Below, in pieces: positions 15,590 to 24,326 of a stretch of 64,000 bases of DNA. How positions within the stretch are numbered: the stretch's first letter is position 1; the number at the start of each line of letters is the position of its first letter. Position numbers and translations under genes: made by a program. The notes beneath the pieces are model-generated. The model saw only the letters and a list, made by a program, of their open reading frames with translations, was not told the origin of the DNA and ran no database searches. The stretch is from Candidatus Eiseniibacteriota bacterium (GTDB taxonomy: Bacteria > Eisenbacteria > RBG-16-71-46 > CAIMUX01 > VGJL01): the NCBI GenBank assembly GCA_041946735.1, contig JBHGAY010000025.1:9249-73248 (forward strand), given 5' to 3'.

Positions 15590-17689
15590 ATGCTCCTCCC
15601 CTTCCTCGCCCTCGCCCTCGGACTCGCGGCGCCGTCCCCGTCGCCGGGCGCGGATCCGGTCGCGGACTCCCCCGTCCCCGATCCCGTGCGGCGCGCTCTC
15701 GCGGCGATCGACCTCGAGCCTCCGTCCCTCGCGATCGACCTTCGCGATCTCTCGCTCTTCGGCGGCGATCGCGGGCGCCTGCGCTTCTACGACGCGCTCG
15801 TGACGCGCCCGCTTCGCATCCCCGGGGACGTCGGAGCGATCCAAGCCGGTCTCGTTCGCTCCGCGGACCGTCCCGCCGATCTCTTCGTCGCCGCCACGAG
15901 CCGGCTGGGAACGGCCGTCCGCCGCGGACTGATCACCAACCCGGTCGAGGAGATCCGCGAAGGGCTCCCGGAGCGCGAGCCGCTCGCTGGCGCGCTGCGC
16001 GACCTCTGGCGCGCCGCCGGCCGGCCGATGCAGCCGGAGCAGCAGGAGCGCTTGCGCGCGGCGGCGCGAAACGTTCCGGATTCGCTCGCCGCCCCGCTCG
16101 CCGTGCTGCTCGAGGCGTGCGTGCGCGCCACCCGCGCCCGCGCCGACGCCTTCGCGCCGGCCGGCCTCGACGGGGACCAGCTCGCGCGCGCGTCGATCGC
16201 CTACCTGGTCGGTTCCGACGCCGGGACGCTCGACGCGGCCGAGCAGCGCCGGGTGGAGGAGCCGGCCTTCGCGATCGACGCTCCGCTGTGGAACGCGGGG
16301 ATCGGCGACCTCCTGCTCGTCCTCGATCGCGTGCTCCCCGCCCTGCGCCGCAACGCCGGGCTCGTGCCCGCGCGCGGGTGGCGCGTCGCGACGCCGCTCG
16401 GCGAGGTCGTGTTGGCCGGCCCAGGGCCCGACCGGCACGACGGCGAGGCGGCGCCGCTGCTGCTGATCGACACCGGAGGGGAGGATCGCTACGCGGCCGG
16501 AGCCGCCGGGACGTGGGATCGTCCCGTCTCGATCCTGATCGACCTCGCCGGCAACGATGTCTACGGCGCGGGCGGCGTCGCGGCCGGCGCGGGCGCAATC
16601 GGCGGCAGCGCCGCTGCCGCCGACTCGATCGGCCCCTCCTTCGGCGCGGGGCTCCTCGGCGCCGGGATCCTGATCGACGAGGCGGGCGACGACGTCTACC
16701 GGGCCGGATACCTCGGCCTCGGTGCAGGCCTCTACGGCATCGGCATCCTGCTCGATCGCGCAGGCGACGATCGCTACGAAGGGATCGCGGGCGTCGAAGG
16801 CGCGGGCCTTTTCGGCGTCGGGATCCTCGCCGACCTCGACGGGAACGACCGCTACCACGCATGGCAGCAAGCGCAGGGGTTCGGCTACGTGCTCGGCGCC
16901 GGGCTTCTCGTCGATCGGTCCGGCGACGATCTGTACGACGCGGACGATGCGACGATCCGCTTCCCATCGGCGCAATCGCGCGAGCACAACTCCTCGCTCG
17001 CCCAAGGCTTCGGCTTCGGCAAGCGGGCGGACTTCGCCGACGGCCACTCCCTCGCGGGCGGCGCCGGCATCCTGGCCGACGGCGCCGGAGACGACACCTA
17101 CCGTTGCGGCGTCTTCGGGCAGGGAGCGGCATACTGGTACGCGGTCGGCATCCTGGCGGACGCGGCCGGCAAGGACGTCTACGAAGGCACGTGGTACGTG
17201 CAAGGCTCGGCCGCGCACTTCGGATGCGGGGTGCTCTGGGAAGGCTCCGGCGACGATCGCTACCGCGCGACGCACAATATGGCCCAGGGGTCCGGGCACG
17301 ATCTCTCGCTCGGGATGCTCTACGAGCGGGACGGAGACGACGCCTACGACGCGCCGAATCTCTCGCTGGGCGGCGGCAACGCGAACGGCATCGGGATCTT
17401 CTGGGACGTGACCGGCGACGACCGGTACCGTGTGGAAGCGGCAACCACGCTCGGGCGCGCGAACATCGGCTCGCGCGGCGGATTGCGGGATCGAATCGAG
17501 TCGATCGGGCTGTTCCTCGACACGGGCGGCCGCGACTCCTACCCTCCCTCGAAGGAGTTCGCCGGCAACGGCAGGCTCTGGACGCAGGCGGGGACCGACG
17601 AGGAGCATCCGCTCGACACCGAGCGTGGAGCGGGGATCGACACGACCTGGACGAGCGGCCCGAGCTGGAGAGAGCGGCGGCGGCCGTGA
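15590..17689 (+). CDS. Secreted protein with tandem GxGxLxDxxGxDxY repeats
   Basis: Signal peptide MLLPFLALALGLAA; more than ten DxxG[DN]DxY units in the C-terminal half. Start could be 15431. Confidence 0.75.
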   Translation: MLLPFLALALGLAAPSPSPGADPVADSPVPDPVRRALAAIDLEPPSLAIDLRDLSLFGGDRGRLRFYDALVTRPLRIPGDVGAIQAGLVRSADRPADLFVAATSRLGTAVRRGLITNPVEEIREGLPEREPLAGALRDLWRAAGRPMQPEQQERLRAAARNVPDSLAAPLAVLLEACVRATRARADAFAPAGLDGDQLARASIAYLVGSDAGTLDAAEQRRVEEPAFAIDAPLWNAGIGDLLLVLDRVLPALRRNAGLVPARGWRVATPLGEVVLAGPGPDRHDGEAAPLLLIDTGGEDRYAAGAAGTWDRPVSILIDLAGNDVYGAGGVAAGAGAIGGSAAAADSIGPSFGAGLLGAGILIDEAGDDVYRAGYLGLGAGLYGIGILLDRAGDDRYEGIAGVEGAGLFGVGILADLDGNDRYHAWQQAQGFGYVLGAGLLVDRSGDDLYDADDATIRFPSAQSREHNSSLAQGFGFGKRADFADGHSLAGGAGILADGAGDDTYRCGVFGQGAAYWYAVGILADAAGKDVYEGTWYVQGSAAHFGCGVLWEGSGDDRYRATHNMAQGSGHDLSLGMLYERDGDDAYDAPNLSLGGGNANGIGIFWDVTGDDRYRVEAATTLGRANIGSRGGLRDRIESIGLFLDTGGRDSYPPSKEFAGNGRLWTQAGTDEEHPLDTERGAGIDTTWTSGPSWRERRRP

Positions 17690-17717
17690 GGACGGGGAGC
17701 TGGAGGGAACGGAAGCG

Positions 17718-18182
17718 ATGACCCTGATGGAACAGATCGACGGCAGGCTTCACGATGCGATCAAGGCGCGCGACTTGCGCAGCGCCGACTGCCTGCGAAT
17801 GTTGAAGAGCAAGCTGATCGAGAAGAGAACCTCCCCCGGGTTCCAGGGAGAGCTGACCGATGCGGTGGTGCGCGACGTCGCGGCGACCTACGTGAAGCAG
17901 CTGCAGCGCTCGATCGCCGAGTTCGAGAAGGCGGGCGAGGCGGGTAGAGGCCACATCGAGAAGGTGCGCTGGGAGATCGAAGCGCTTTCGGAGTATCTCC
18001 CGAAGCATCTGGACGAGGCGGCCACGCGGCCGATCGTCGAGGCGGCGATCCGCGACACGGGCGCGACGCAGCCGGGCCAGGCGGGACGGGTGATCGGCGT
18101 CGTGATGAAGGCGCACAAGGACGAGGTCGACGCGGCCCTCGTCCGCCGGCTCGTCGAGGAGATGCTCCGGCACGGCGCATGA
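17718..18182 (+). CDS. GatB/YqeY domain protein
   Basis: DAIKARD...LRMLKS, KQLQRSIAEFEKAG, EIEALSEYLPK, GRVIGVVMK. Confidence 0.88.
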   Translation: MTLMEQIDGRLHDAIKARDLRSADCLRMLKSKLIEKRTSPGFQGELTDAVVRDVAATYVKQLQRSIAEFEKAGEAGRGHIEKVRWEIEALSEYLPKHLDEAATRPIVEAAIRDTGATQPGQAGRVIGVVMKAHKDEVDAALVRRLVEEMLRHGA

Positions 18183-18191
18183 GACCGCGCC

Positions 18192-19031
18192 ATGCCTGAC
18201 CGCCGCCCGCCGGCGCCCGAGACGATTCGCTCGCGCCAGAATCCCAAGGTGGCGGAGGCGCGCCGGATCGCGCACGACCCGCGCGAGGCGCGGCGCGCGG
18301 GGCTCCTTCTCGCCGACGGCGTGACCCTCGTGCTCGAGGCGCTCCGTGCCGGCCTTGCACCGCGAATCGTCCTCGCCGATCCGGACGATGCGGCCGCCTT
18401 CGCTCCGGTGCGCGCCGAAGCGACCTTGCGCCGCGCGCCGCTCGTTCCCGCCTCCCGCAAGGTCCTCGAGGCGATCTCTACGCTCGCGACCCCGCAGGGA
18501 GCGGTCGGGATCTTTGCGCGTCCCTCCCACGAGCTCGCCCCGCTGCTCGCGGCCGCGGCGCACGCCGGGCCGCCGCTCGTCGCGATCCTGCACGGCCTGC
18601 AGGATCCCGCCAACGCCGGCTCGCTCGCGCGCACCGCGCTCGCCGCCGGCTTGGCCGGGATCGTCACGACCGCCGGGACGGTCGATCCGTTCCACCCGCG
18701 CGCCGTCCGCGCTTCGATGGGGGCGGTCTTCCGCCTGCCGATCGCGACCGACGCGGACGCCGCTCCGCTGTTCGCCACGCTCGCGAGGAGCGGGTACCGG
18801 CGCGTGGCGCTCGACCCGCGCGGCAACGTCCCGCTCGAGTCGATCCGGCTGGACCGCGCGACCGCGGTGCTTCTCGGCCGGGAGGGCAGCGGGCTCGACG
18901 CCGAGGCGGAGGCGGCATGCGAGGAGCGCGTGCGAATCGCGATGGCGAACGGCGTCGAGTCGCTCGGAGTCGCCGTGGCGGGGGCGATCCTCTTCTACTC
19001 ACTCGCGCGATCGCGCGGGGCGCTGTCGTAG
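18192..19031 (+). CDS. TrmH/SpoU family RNA methyltransferase
   Basis: IRSRQNP, TPQG, LQDPANAGSLART, RASMGAVF, GREGSGL, VESLGVAVA. Confidence 0.9.
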   Translation: MPDRRPPAPETIRSRQNPKVAEARRIAHDPREARRAGLLLADGVTLVLEALRAGLAPRIVLADPDDAAAFAPVRAEATLRRAPLVPASRKVLEAISTLATPQGAVGIFARPSHELAPLLAAAAHAGPPLVAILHGLQDPANAGSLARTALAAGLAGIVTTAGTVDPFHPRAVRASMGAVFRLPIATDADAAPLFATLARSGYRRVALDPRGNVPLESIRLDRATAVLLGREGSGLDAEAEAACEERVRIAMANGVESLGVAVAGAILFYSLARSRGALS

Positions 19032-19039
19032 CCGCTGCG

Positions 19040-20515
19040 ATGGCCCGCCCCACGGCGCCCACAACGACCGTGCCGCCCGCCGCGACGGCGGCATCCGCGC
19101 GCCTCCGCTCCTTCCTCGCCTTCTGCGCCTACGACGTCGGCGACTCCGCGTTCGCCACGACGATACTCGCCGTCCTGTACAACCAGTACTTCGCGCGGAC
19201 GGTCGCCGGGGGCGAAACGGGCATCGCGATTCTCGGCGCGCGGATTCCCGGCGCGACGCTCTACAGCTGGCTCGTCTCGCTGTCGATGCTCGCCGTCGCG
19301 GTCGCCGGACCGTTCCTCGGCGCCCGCGCCGACCTTGGCGGCCGGCGCCTTCCGTGGCTTCGCGGCTTCAGCATCGCCGGAATCGCCGCGACGATCGCGC
19401 TCGTCTCGGTCGGTCCGGGACAGTGGGTGCGCGGCTCGCTTCTGTTCATGCTCGCCTACGCCGCCTTCGCCGCCGCCTCGATTTTCTACAACGCGATCCT
19501 CCCGACGCTCGGCGAGCCGGAGCGCCTCGGGCGTCTCTCGGGGATCGCGTGGGGGTTCGGCTACCTCGGCGGCGCGGCCGTGCTGCTCCTGAACCTCGCT
19601 GTCGTCGCGGCGCCCGCCCGCTACGGCCTCTCCGGGACGAACGAGGCTCTGCGCGTGAGCTTCGCGATGGCGGGGGTGTGGTGGCTTCTGTTCGCGCTGC
19701 CGCTGCTCGTCTCCCGGGAGCCGGCCATCCCGGGACGAGCCGGCAAAGCGGGCGGCACGGGGACGGCAAGCGCCGGCGCGCGCGAGGCGATTCGCCGCGT
19801 TCGGCGCACGCTCGGCGAGATCCGGCGAACGCGTCACATCTTCCGGTACCTGCTCGCGTATCTGATCTACAACGACGGAATCCAGACGGTGATCGGCACG
19901 GCGAGCATCTTCGCCGCGGCCGAGCTCGGCTTCACGACGCAACAGCTCATCTATCTCTTCCTGATGATCCAGGGGACCGCGTTCGTCGGCGCGCTCGCCG
20001 CCGGGCGGATCGCCGACGCCGCCGGCCACCGGACGACGATCCTCGCGCAGCTCGTCGGCTGGGTTGTTCTGACGGCGTGGGGACGATGGGTCGGCATCTT
20101 CGGCGCGGCGCGCACCGAGTTCTGGATCCTGTCGGCCGTCGCCGGCGTGCTCCTCGCCGGAGTGCAGACGGTCAGCCGCTCGCTTCTCGCCCGCTGGACG
20201 CCGGTCGAACGCTCCGCGGAGATCTTCGGCTTCTTCTCCGTTGCGGGACGTTTCGCCTCGGTGCTCGGCCCTCTCGTCTTCGGCGCCGTCGCCTGGATGT
20301 CGGGAGGGCTTCGCCCCGCGACCCTCTCGGTCGGCCTCTTCTTCGTCCTCGGGATCGTGCTGCTCCTGCGGGTCGACGAGAGGCAGGGGGAGCGGGAGCT
20401 GCGGGAGACGGCCGCGCCGGCTGCATCGGCCGCACGGGCCGCCCCGGATGCACCGGCTGCGTCGGCAGCACCGGCCGCCCCTGGTGCGCCGGGCGCGCCG
20501 GCCGAAGGGCCGTGA
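19040..20515 (+). CDS. MFS transporter (UMF1/Atg22-like)
   Basis: YDVGDSAFATTI, FYNAILP, GWGFGYLGG, YNDGIQTVI, SRSLLA, FGFFS. Pro/Ala repeat tail. Confidence 0.88.
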   Translation: MARPTAPTTTVPPAATAASARLRSFLAFCAYDVGDSAFATTILAVLYNQYFARTVAGGETGIAILGARIPGATLYSWLVSLSMLAVAVAGPFLGARADLGGRRLPWLRGFSIAGIAATIALVSVGPGQWVRGSLLFMLAYAAFAAASIFYNAILPTLGEPERLGRLSGIAWGFGYLGGAAVLLLNLAVVAAPARYGLSGTNEALRVSFAMAGVWWLLFALPLLVSREPAIPGRAGKAGGTGTASAGAREAIRRVRRTLGEIRRTRHIFRYLLAYLIYNDGIQTVIGTASIFAAAELGFTTQQLIYLFLMIQGTAFVGALAAGRIADAAGHRTTILAQLVGWVVLTAWGRWVGIFGAARTEFWILSAVAGVLLAGVQTVSRSLLARWTPVERSAEIFGFFSVAGRFASVLGPLVFGAVAWMSGGLRPATLSVGLFFVLGIVLLLRVDERQGERELRETAAPAASAARAAPDAPAASAAPAAPGAPGAPAEGP

Positions 20516-20528
20516 CGGAAAACCAAGA

Positions 20529-20560
20529 CGGGAGGAACCGCCTCTGGGCAGATCCTCCCG
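20529..20560. terminator. Hairpin between the convergent MFS gene and tRNA-Glu
   Basis: Inverted repeat CGGGAGGA / TCCTCCCG; no strong U-tract. Confidence 0.4.
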
Positions 20561-20578
20561 CGCCTGTCTCGTTCAGCT

Positions 20579-20650
20579 TAGCGCTACGGGGATTCGAACC
20601 CCGGTTTGATGGCTGAGAACCATCCGTCCTAACCCCTAGACGATAGCGCC
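20579..20650 (-). tRNA. tRNA-Glu (CTC), 3' CCA not encoded
   Basis: GGCGCTATCGTCTAGGGGTTAGGACGGATGGTTCTCAGCCATCAAACCGGGGTTCGAATCCCCGTAGCGCTA; anticodon arm GATGG-TT-CTC-AG-CCATC; T-loop GTTCGAATC. Confidence 0.95.
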
Positions 20651-20765
20651 GCGTCTCGCGATTCTAGGAAACGCTCTCCGCCGTCCGCAACCCTTCTTTG
20701 GCCGCAGCGTCCGCCTGCGGAGCGAGCCTGGGACGGCTTGCTTCCGAGCCGAGGGACGGCTTGTT

Positions 20766-22220
20766 TCAGGCCGGCCGGCGCTTGCGCGACAGGGCGCGCC
20801 TGCGCCGTTCCGCGAGGTCCGCGAGGCTCGGCTCGTCGAGGAGCCCCCGGTCGGGCCAGACCGCGCACAGCCAGGCGCTGGCCGCGAGGTGCACCCAGCG
20901 GTGCTGCGAGCGGGCAGCCTGGAACGCGTCGCACTGCGCCTGATGGAAGAGCGGCCCGAGTCCCTCCAGGCCATGCAGAAACGCGAGCCGGTGATCGAGG
21001 ATCGGCATCAGAGCGGAAAGGCCGGCCGGCTGCGCGCTGGCCGACGCGACGCACGCGAGGGCACCCTCCGCCTGCCAGCCCTCCAGGGTCGCTCCCAACT
21101 CGTCGGCCGAGACGCGCGACGCCCGCAGTCCCTCCTCGAGGAGGCGCACCCCGGCGTCGACGTCGGCCGGTCCGAGAGCCGCGAACTCCGGGCTCCGACC
21201 GGCGATCAGGGTCGCGAGCACCTTCTGCCCGAGCGAACCGAGCCGCAGCATCCCGCGCAGGCCGTGCGTCGCGACGACGATCTGCGCCGCCGCAGGGACG
21301 GGACGGCCCGACGTGCTCGCCCCGAGGAACAAGAGGGCCGTCGCGAGCGAGATCGCCTCCCAGACGTCCTCCAGGGCCCATCCGGAGGAGAGCAGACGCG
21401 AGGCGATCGTCGTCCTCTCCTCCGCGCCCGCTCGTCCCCAGCGAATCGCCTGGTCCCAGACCGCCGCCGGGTCGTCGTCCCCTTTGCCTCGCTCGCCGGG
21501 CAAACGGCGCCGCGCGCGCTCGTGCAACCCTTCCGCAGCGATCCGGTCGCGGATCGCCTCGAATGCGTTGGTGCGCGAGGAGGGCATCGCCTGGTGGCGC
21601 ACGACGGGACGCAGCAGCACTTCGGCGTGCGGCCAGCCGAGCGCTTGCAGAAAGAGGAACACCTCGACCGCTCCCGCCAGGCGGAAGCTCGAGACGCAGG
21701 CCCCTTCGAGGCCGCTCGTCCAGAGCAGGTCGGCCATCTCGTCGGGGCTCACGTTCTTCAGCAGCCAGGCCAGGAGATGGTCGGCCGGATCGGTGTCGCC
21801 GAAGCGGACCGCTTCGAGATAGGTGAAGAGGATCTCTTCCCGGCTTCCTTCGGCATGAGGGGGGTAGGCGAGCAGGCGCGTCGGACCGAAGGCGGGATCG
21901 TGGATCTCCGCGTGGACGCGACGACACGCGGCGATCAACGGGTACGGGCGCAGATCGGAGGGAAGGCGGGATCCCAGCTCCCGATGGGCTCGCAGGCAAT
22001 AGAGGCCGCGGGGCGCCCGCCCGGAACCGAGCCCTTCGTAGCGCGTGGAGCGGGCCGCGGCGCGCGCGGCCGCCAGGTAGAGGTCGTCCTCGTCGGTCTT
22101 GCGCGCGAGGCGGCGGCAGATCTCGGCGGTGAGGTTCTCGGGGCTCGCCTCCTCGAGGATGCGCACCAGCGGCTCCGCGTCCCCGAACTCGAGCGGACGC
22201 TGCCAGTCCCGCCCGTTCAT
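20766..22220 (-). CDS. Hypothetical protein (484 aa)
   Basis: ATG 22220 after GAGGGA; protein-like composition (MNGRDWQRPLEFGDAEPLVRILEE...); no family recognised. Confidence 0.7.
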   Translation of the reverse strand: MNGRDWQRPLEFGDAEPLVRILEEASPENLTAEICRRLARKTDEDDLYLAAARAAARSTRYEGLGSGRAPRGLYCLRAHRELGSRLPSDLRPYPLIAACRRVHAEIHDPAFGPTRLLAYPPHAEGSREEILFTYLEAVRFGDTDPADHLLAWLLKNVSPDEMADLLWTSGLEGACVSSFRLAGAVEVFLFLQALGWPHAEVLLRPVVRHQAMPSSRTNAFEAIRDRIAAEGLHERARRRLPGERGKGDDDPAAVWDQAIRWGRAGAEERTTIASRLLSSGWALEDVWEAISLATALLFLGASTSGRPVPAAAQIVVATHGLRGMLRLGSLGQKVLATLIAGRSPEFAALGPADVDAGVRLLEEGLRASRVSADELGATLEGWQAEGALACVASASAQPAGLSALMPILDHRLAFLHGLEGLGPLFHQAQCDAFQAARSQHRWVHLAASAWLCAVWPDRGLLDEPSLADLAERRRRALSRKRRPA

Positions 22221-22564
22221 CGTCCCTCGCTCTCGATCTGCCGTCCGGGATCGAACGCCCCGTGCCAGTCCGCCGATTTCGCCACCGCGCCCCCCTTCAC
22301 GCCGAAGTCGCGGCGACGCTAGCAGAGCGCCGGGGCGTTCGCAAGGCGGGGGCGACGGCGACGAAGCGGACCGCGGAGCGGGCGGCGACCGAAGCGGACG
22401 GCGAAGCGAGGCGGGCGAGGGCGCACCACGACGCGGAAGCCGAATTCCGATCGGCACGGTATTTCGCCCGTCTTTGAGCGGGCGCAAAGAAGATCCGTTG
22501 CGCCTTCCGTAGTCTGACGAGTGGATGGGAATGGAATCAGGCCGACAAAGGGAGGCTTTCAGGC

Positions 22565-23308
22565 GTGTCGAACGATGCTTTCTTCTTCGATGTTTCCGAT
22601 ACGGTAGGCGCCGTCGTGGGGCGCCAGCCGGCGCTTTCGCGTGTCTTCGAGCGCGCGGGAATCGACTATTGCTGCGGTGGCAAGAAGACGCTGGAGCGCG
22701 CGTGCCAGGAGAAGGGGCTCGACGCCACGACCCTTCTCGAGTCGCTTCGCCGTGAGGCCGACGCCCTCTCTGGCGGTCAGGCGCATCGGGGAGTCGCCTC
22801 GCTCTCCCTCTCGGACCTCGCCGACCACATCGAGAGCACGCACCACGAGTACCTGCGCTCCGAACTACCCCGGCTCTCGGCGATGACGCAGAAGGTCGCG
22901 TCGGTCCATGGCGACCGCGACGCGCGACTCGCCCTCGTCCGCGACACGTTCCTCGAGATGGCGAGCGAGCTCGAGACGCACATGATGAAGGAGGAGCGGA
23001 TCCTCTTCCCCATGATCCGCGAGTGTGACGCGAGCGAGGGCCCGATGGCGTTCCATTGCGGCTCGCTGGCGAACCCGATCCGTCAGATGGAGGCGGAGCA
23101 CGACGGCGCCGGCTCCGGGCTCGAGCGCCTTCGCGAGCTGACCGATGGATATGCGCCGCCCGAGTGGGCGTGCAATACCTACCGCGCGATGCTCGACGGC
23201 CTGACCCGCATCGAGGACGACCTGCACGAGCACATCAGCAAGGAGAACAACATCCTCTTCCCGCGCGCGATCGAGATGGAGCAGACGAAAGCGCAGCGGG
23301 AACCCTGA
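22565..23308 (+). CDS. ric: Iron-sulfur cluster repair di-iron protein (Ric/YtfE/ScdA)
   Basis: GIDYCCGG, HIESTHHEYLR, HMMKEERILFP, MEAEHD, ACNTYR, HEHISKENNILFP. Confidence 0.95.
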   Translation: MSNDAFFFDVSDTVGAVVGRQPALSRVFERAGIDYCCGGKKTLERACQEKGLDATTLLESLRREADALSGGQAHRGVASLSLSDLADHIESTHHEYLRSELPRLSAMTQKVASVHGDRDARLALVRDTFLEMASELETHMMKEERILFPMIRECDASEGPMAFHCGSLANPIRQMEAEHDGAGSGLERLRELTDGYAPPEWACNTYRAMLDGLTRIEDDLHEHISKENNILFPRAIEMEQTKAQREP

Positions 23309-23431
23309 CAGACGGCCGGGCTGCCGAGCTGCTAGGCTTCGCCGCGGGACGACACCGGGGAGCCGGCCCGCGGCGGCTGAGCTCTTGGATTGGGCGATGT
23401 TCTCTCGGACGATCGGGCGGGCTTCCGCTGT

Positions 23432-23648
23432 CTATCGGAACAGCATCTTCACTTGCCCCCAGGTCCGTTTCGCTACCGACACGGGCTCACTGCCCTCAAC
23501 GGCGATATCGACTCGCACGGTGTCGTAAACGAAGGAAATCGGATCGACCGCGCAGTCCACAACGTCTCCGGCCTGCACTAGGAAAGCGCTCGCGAACTCA
23601 GCGTGATCCCCGAGGCCGTCAAGCAATTGCGGGAACTCGTGCGCTCAT
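23432..23648 (-). pseudogene. Remnant of a gene ending in the SWG/TWG C-terminal motif
   Basis: AAGGAGG RBS and ATG at 23648 give MSARVPAIA-stop. A different frame encodes ...VQAGDVVDCAVDP...PVSVAKRTWGQVKMLFR-stop. Confidence 0.6.
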
Positions 23649-24003
23649 GGGGCGACCTCCTTTTTTGCAGGACCACGCGCACACTCTACGGTCGGCGCCA
23701 TACGTGCTCTTCTCGTTCGGCCGACGATTCTATCACATGCCTGGAGACTTCGGCGGCTAAGGGCGGCTCGCACGTTCATCGAGAAGACCCGCGGCGGGCT
23801 GCGAAGACGCAGTCAGTACATGCAGTCCCCTTGACGTACCACGTGCCGCTCACGCAACGAACGAAAGACAGAGCGCAGGCAGAGCTGCCCCCTCGAGGAC
23901 CCTGAGCCCTGGACGGCTTGACAGGAATCAGCGGAAGCCGAGTGAAGTGCTGGGCAACGCGGGCGACGGGACTGGGGCTGATAGCCGGCCGCTTGCCATG
24001 GGG

Positions 24004-24039
24004 CAAACGAAGAACCCGGCCGGGAGGACCGACCGGGCT
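24004..24039 (-). terminator. Intrinsic terminator downstream of tRNA-Gln
   Basis: AGCCCGGTCGG-TCCTC-CCGGCCGGGTT stem (with G-U pairs) followed by CTTCGTTT. Confidence 0.75.
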
Positions 24040-24066
24040 AACTTCTTCTATCGTCTCCATTTATGC

Positions 24067-24140
24067 TGGCTGGGGAGCAGGGACTCGAACCCCGGTTCCA
24101 TGATCCAGAGTCATGTGTCCTACCACTGGACGACTCCCCA
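24067..24140 (-). tRNA. tRNA-Gln (CTG), CCA encoded
   Basis: TGGGGAGTCGTCCAGTGGTAGGACACATGACTCTGGATCATGGAACCGGGGTTCGAGTCCCTGCTCCCCAGCCA; anticodon arm CATGA-CT-CTG-GA-TCATG. Confidence 0.96.
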
Positions 24141-24326
24141 GCGGATCACGCCTTCGAGTTTTGGATTCTATCGGCCGATCTGCGTTCTCCTCAACTCAAA
24201 AATGCCTCGATCTTCCCTGGCCTGCTTTCGGCCTTCTCCTGCAGCCTCCAATCGCTGCGGCAACCGCCACGCGGCCGCAGCCGGCCACGCGTCCTAGCCG
24301 CCTCGCGTCTAGCCGCGCCGGTCCTG

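Noticed and set aside
23310..24066. Prophage or integrative element at tRNA-Gln
   Set aside because: No integrase and no duplicated tRNA 3' end found by eye; ORFs 23603..23905 and 23776..24060 look non-coding.
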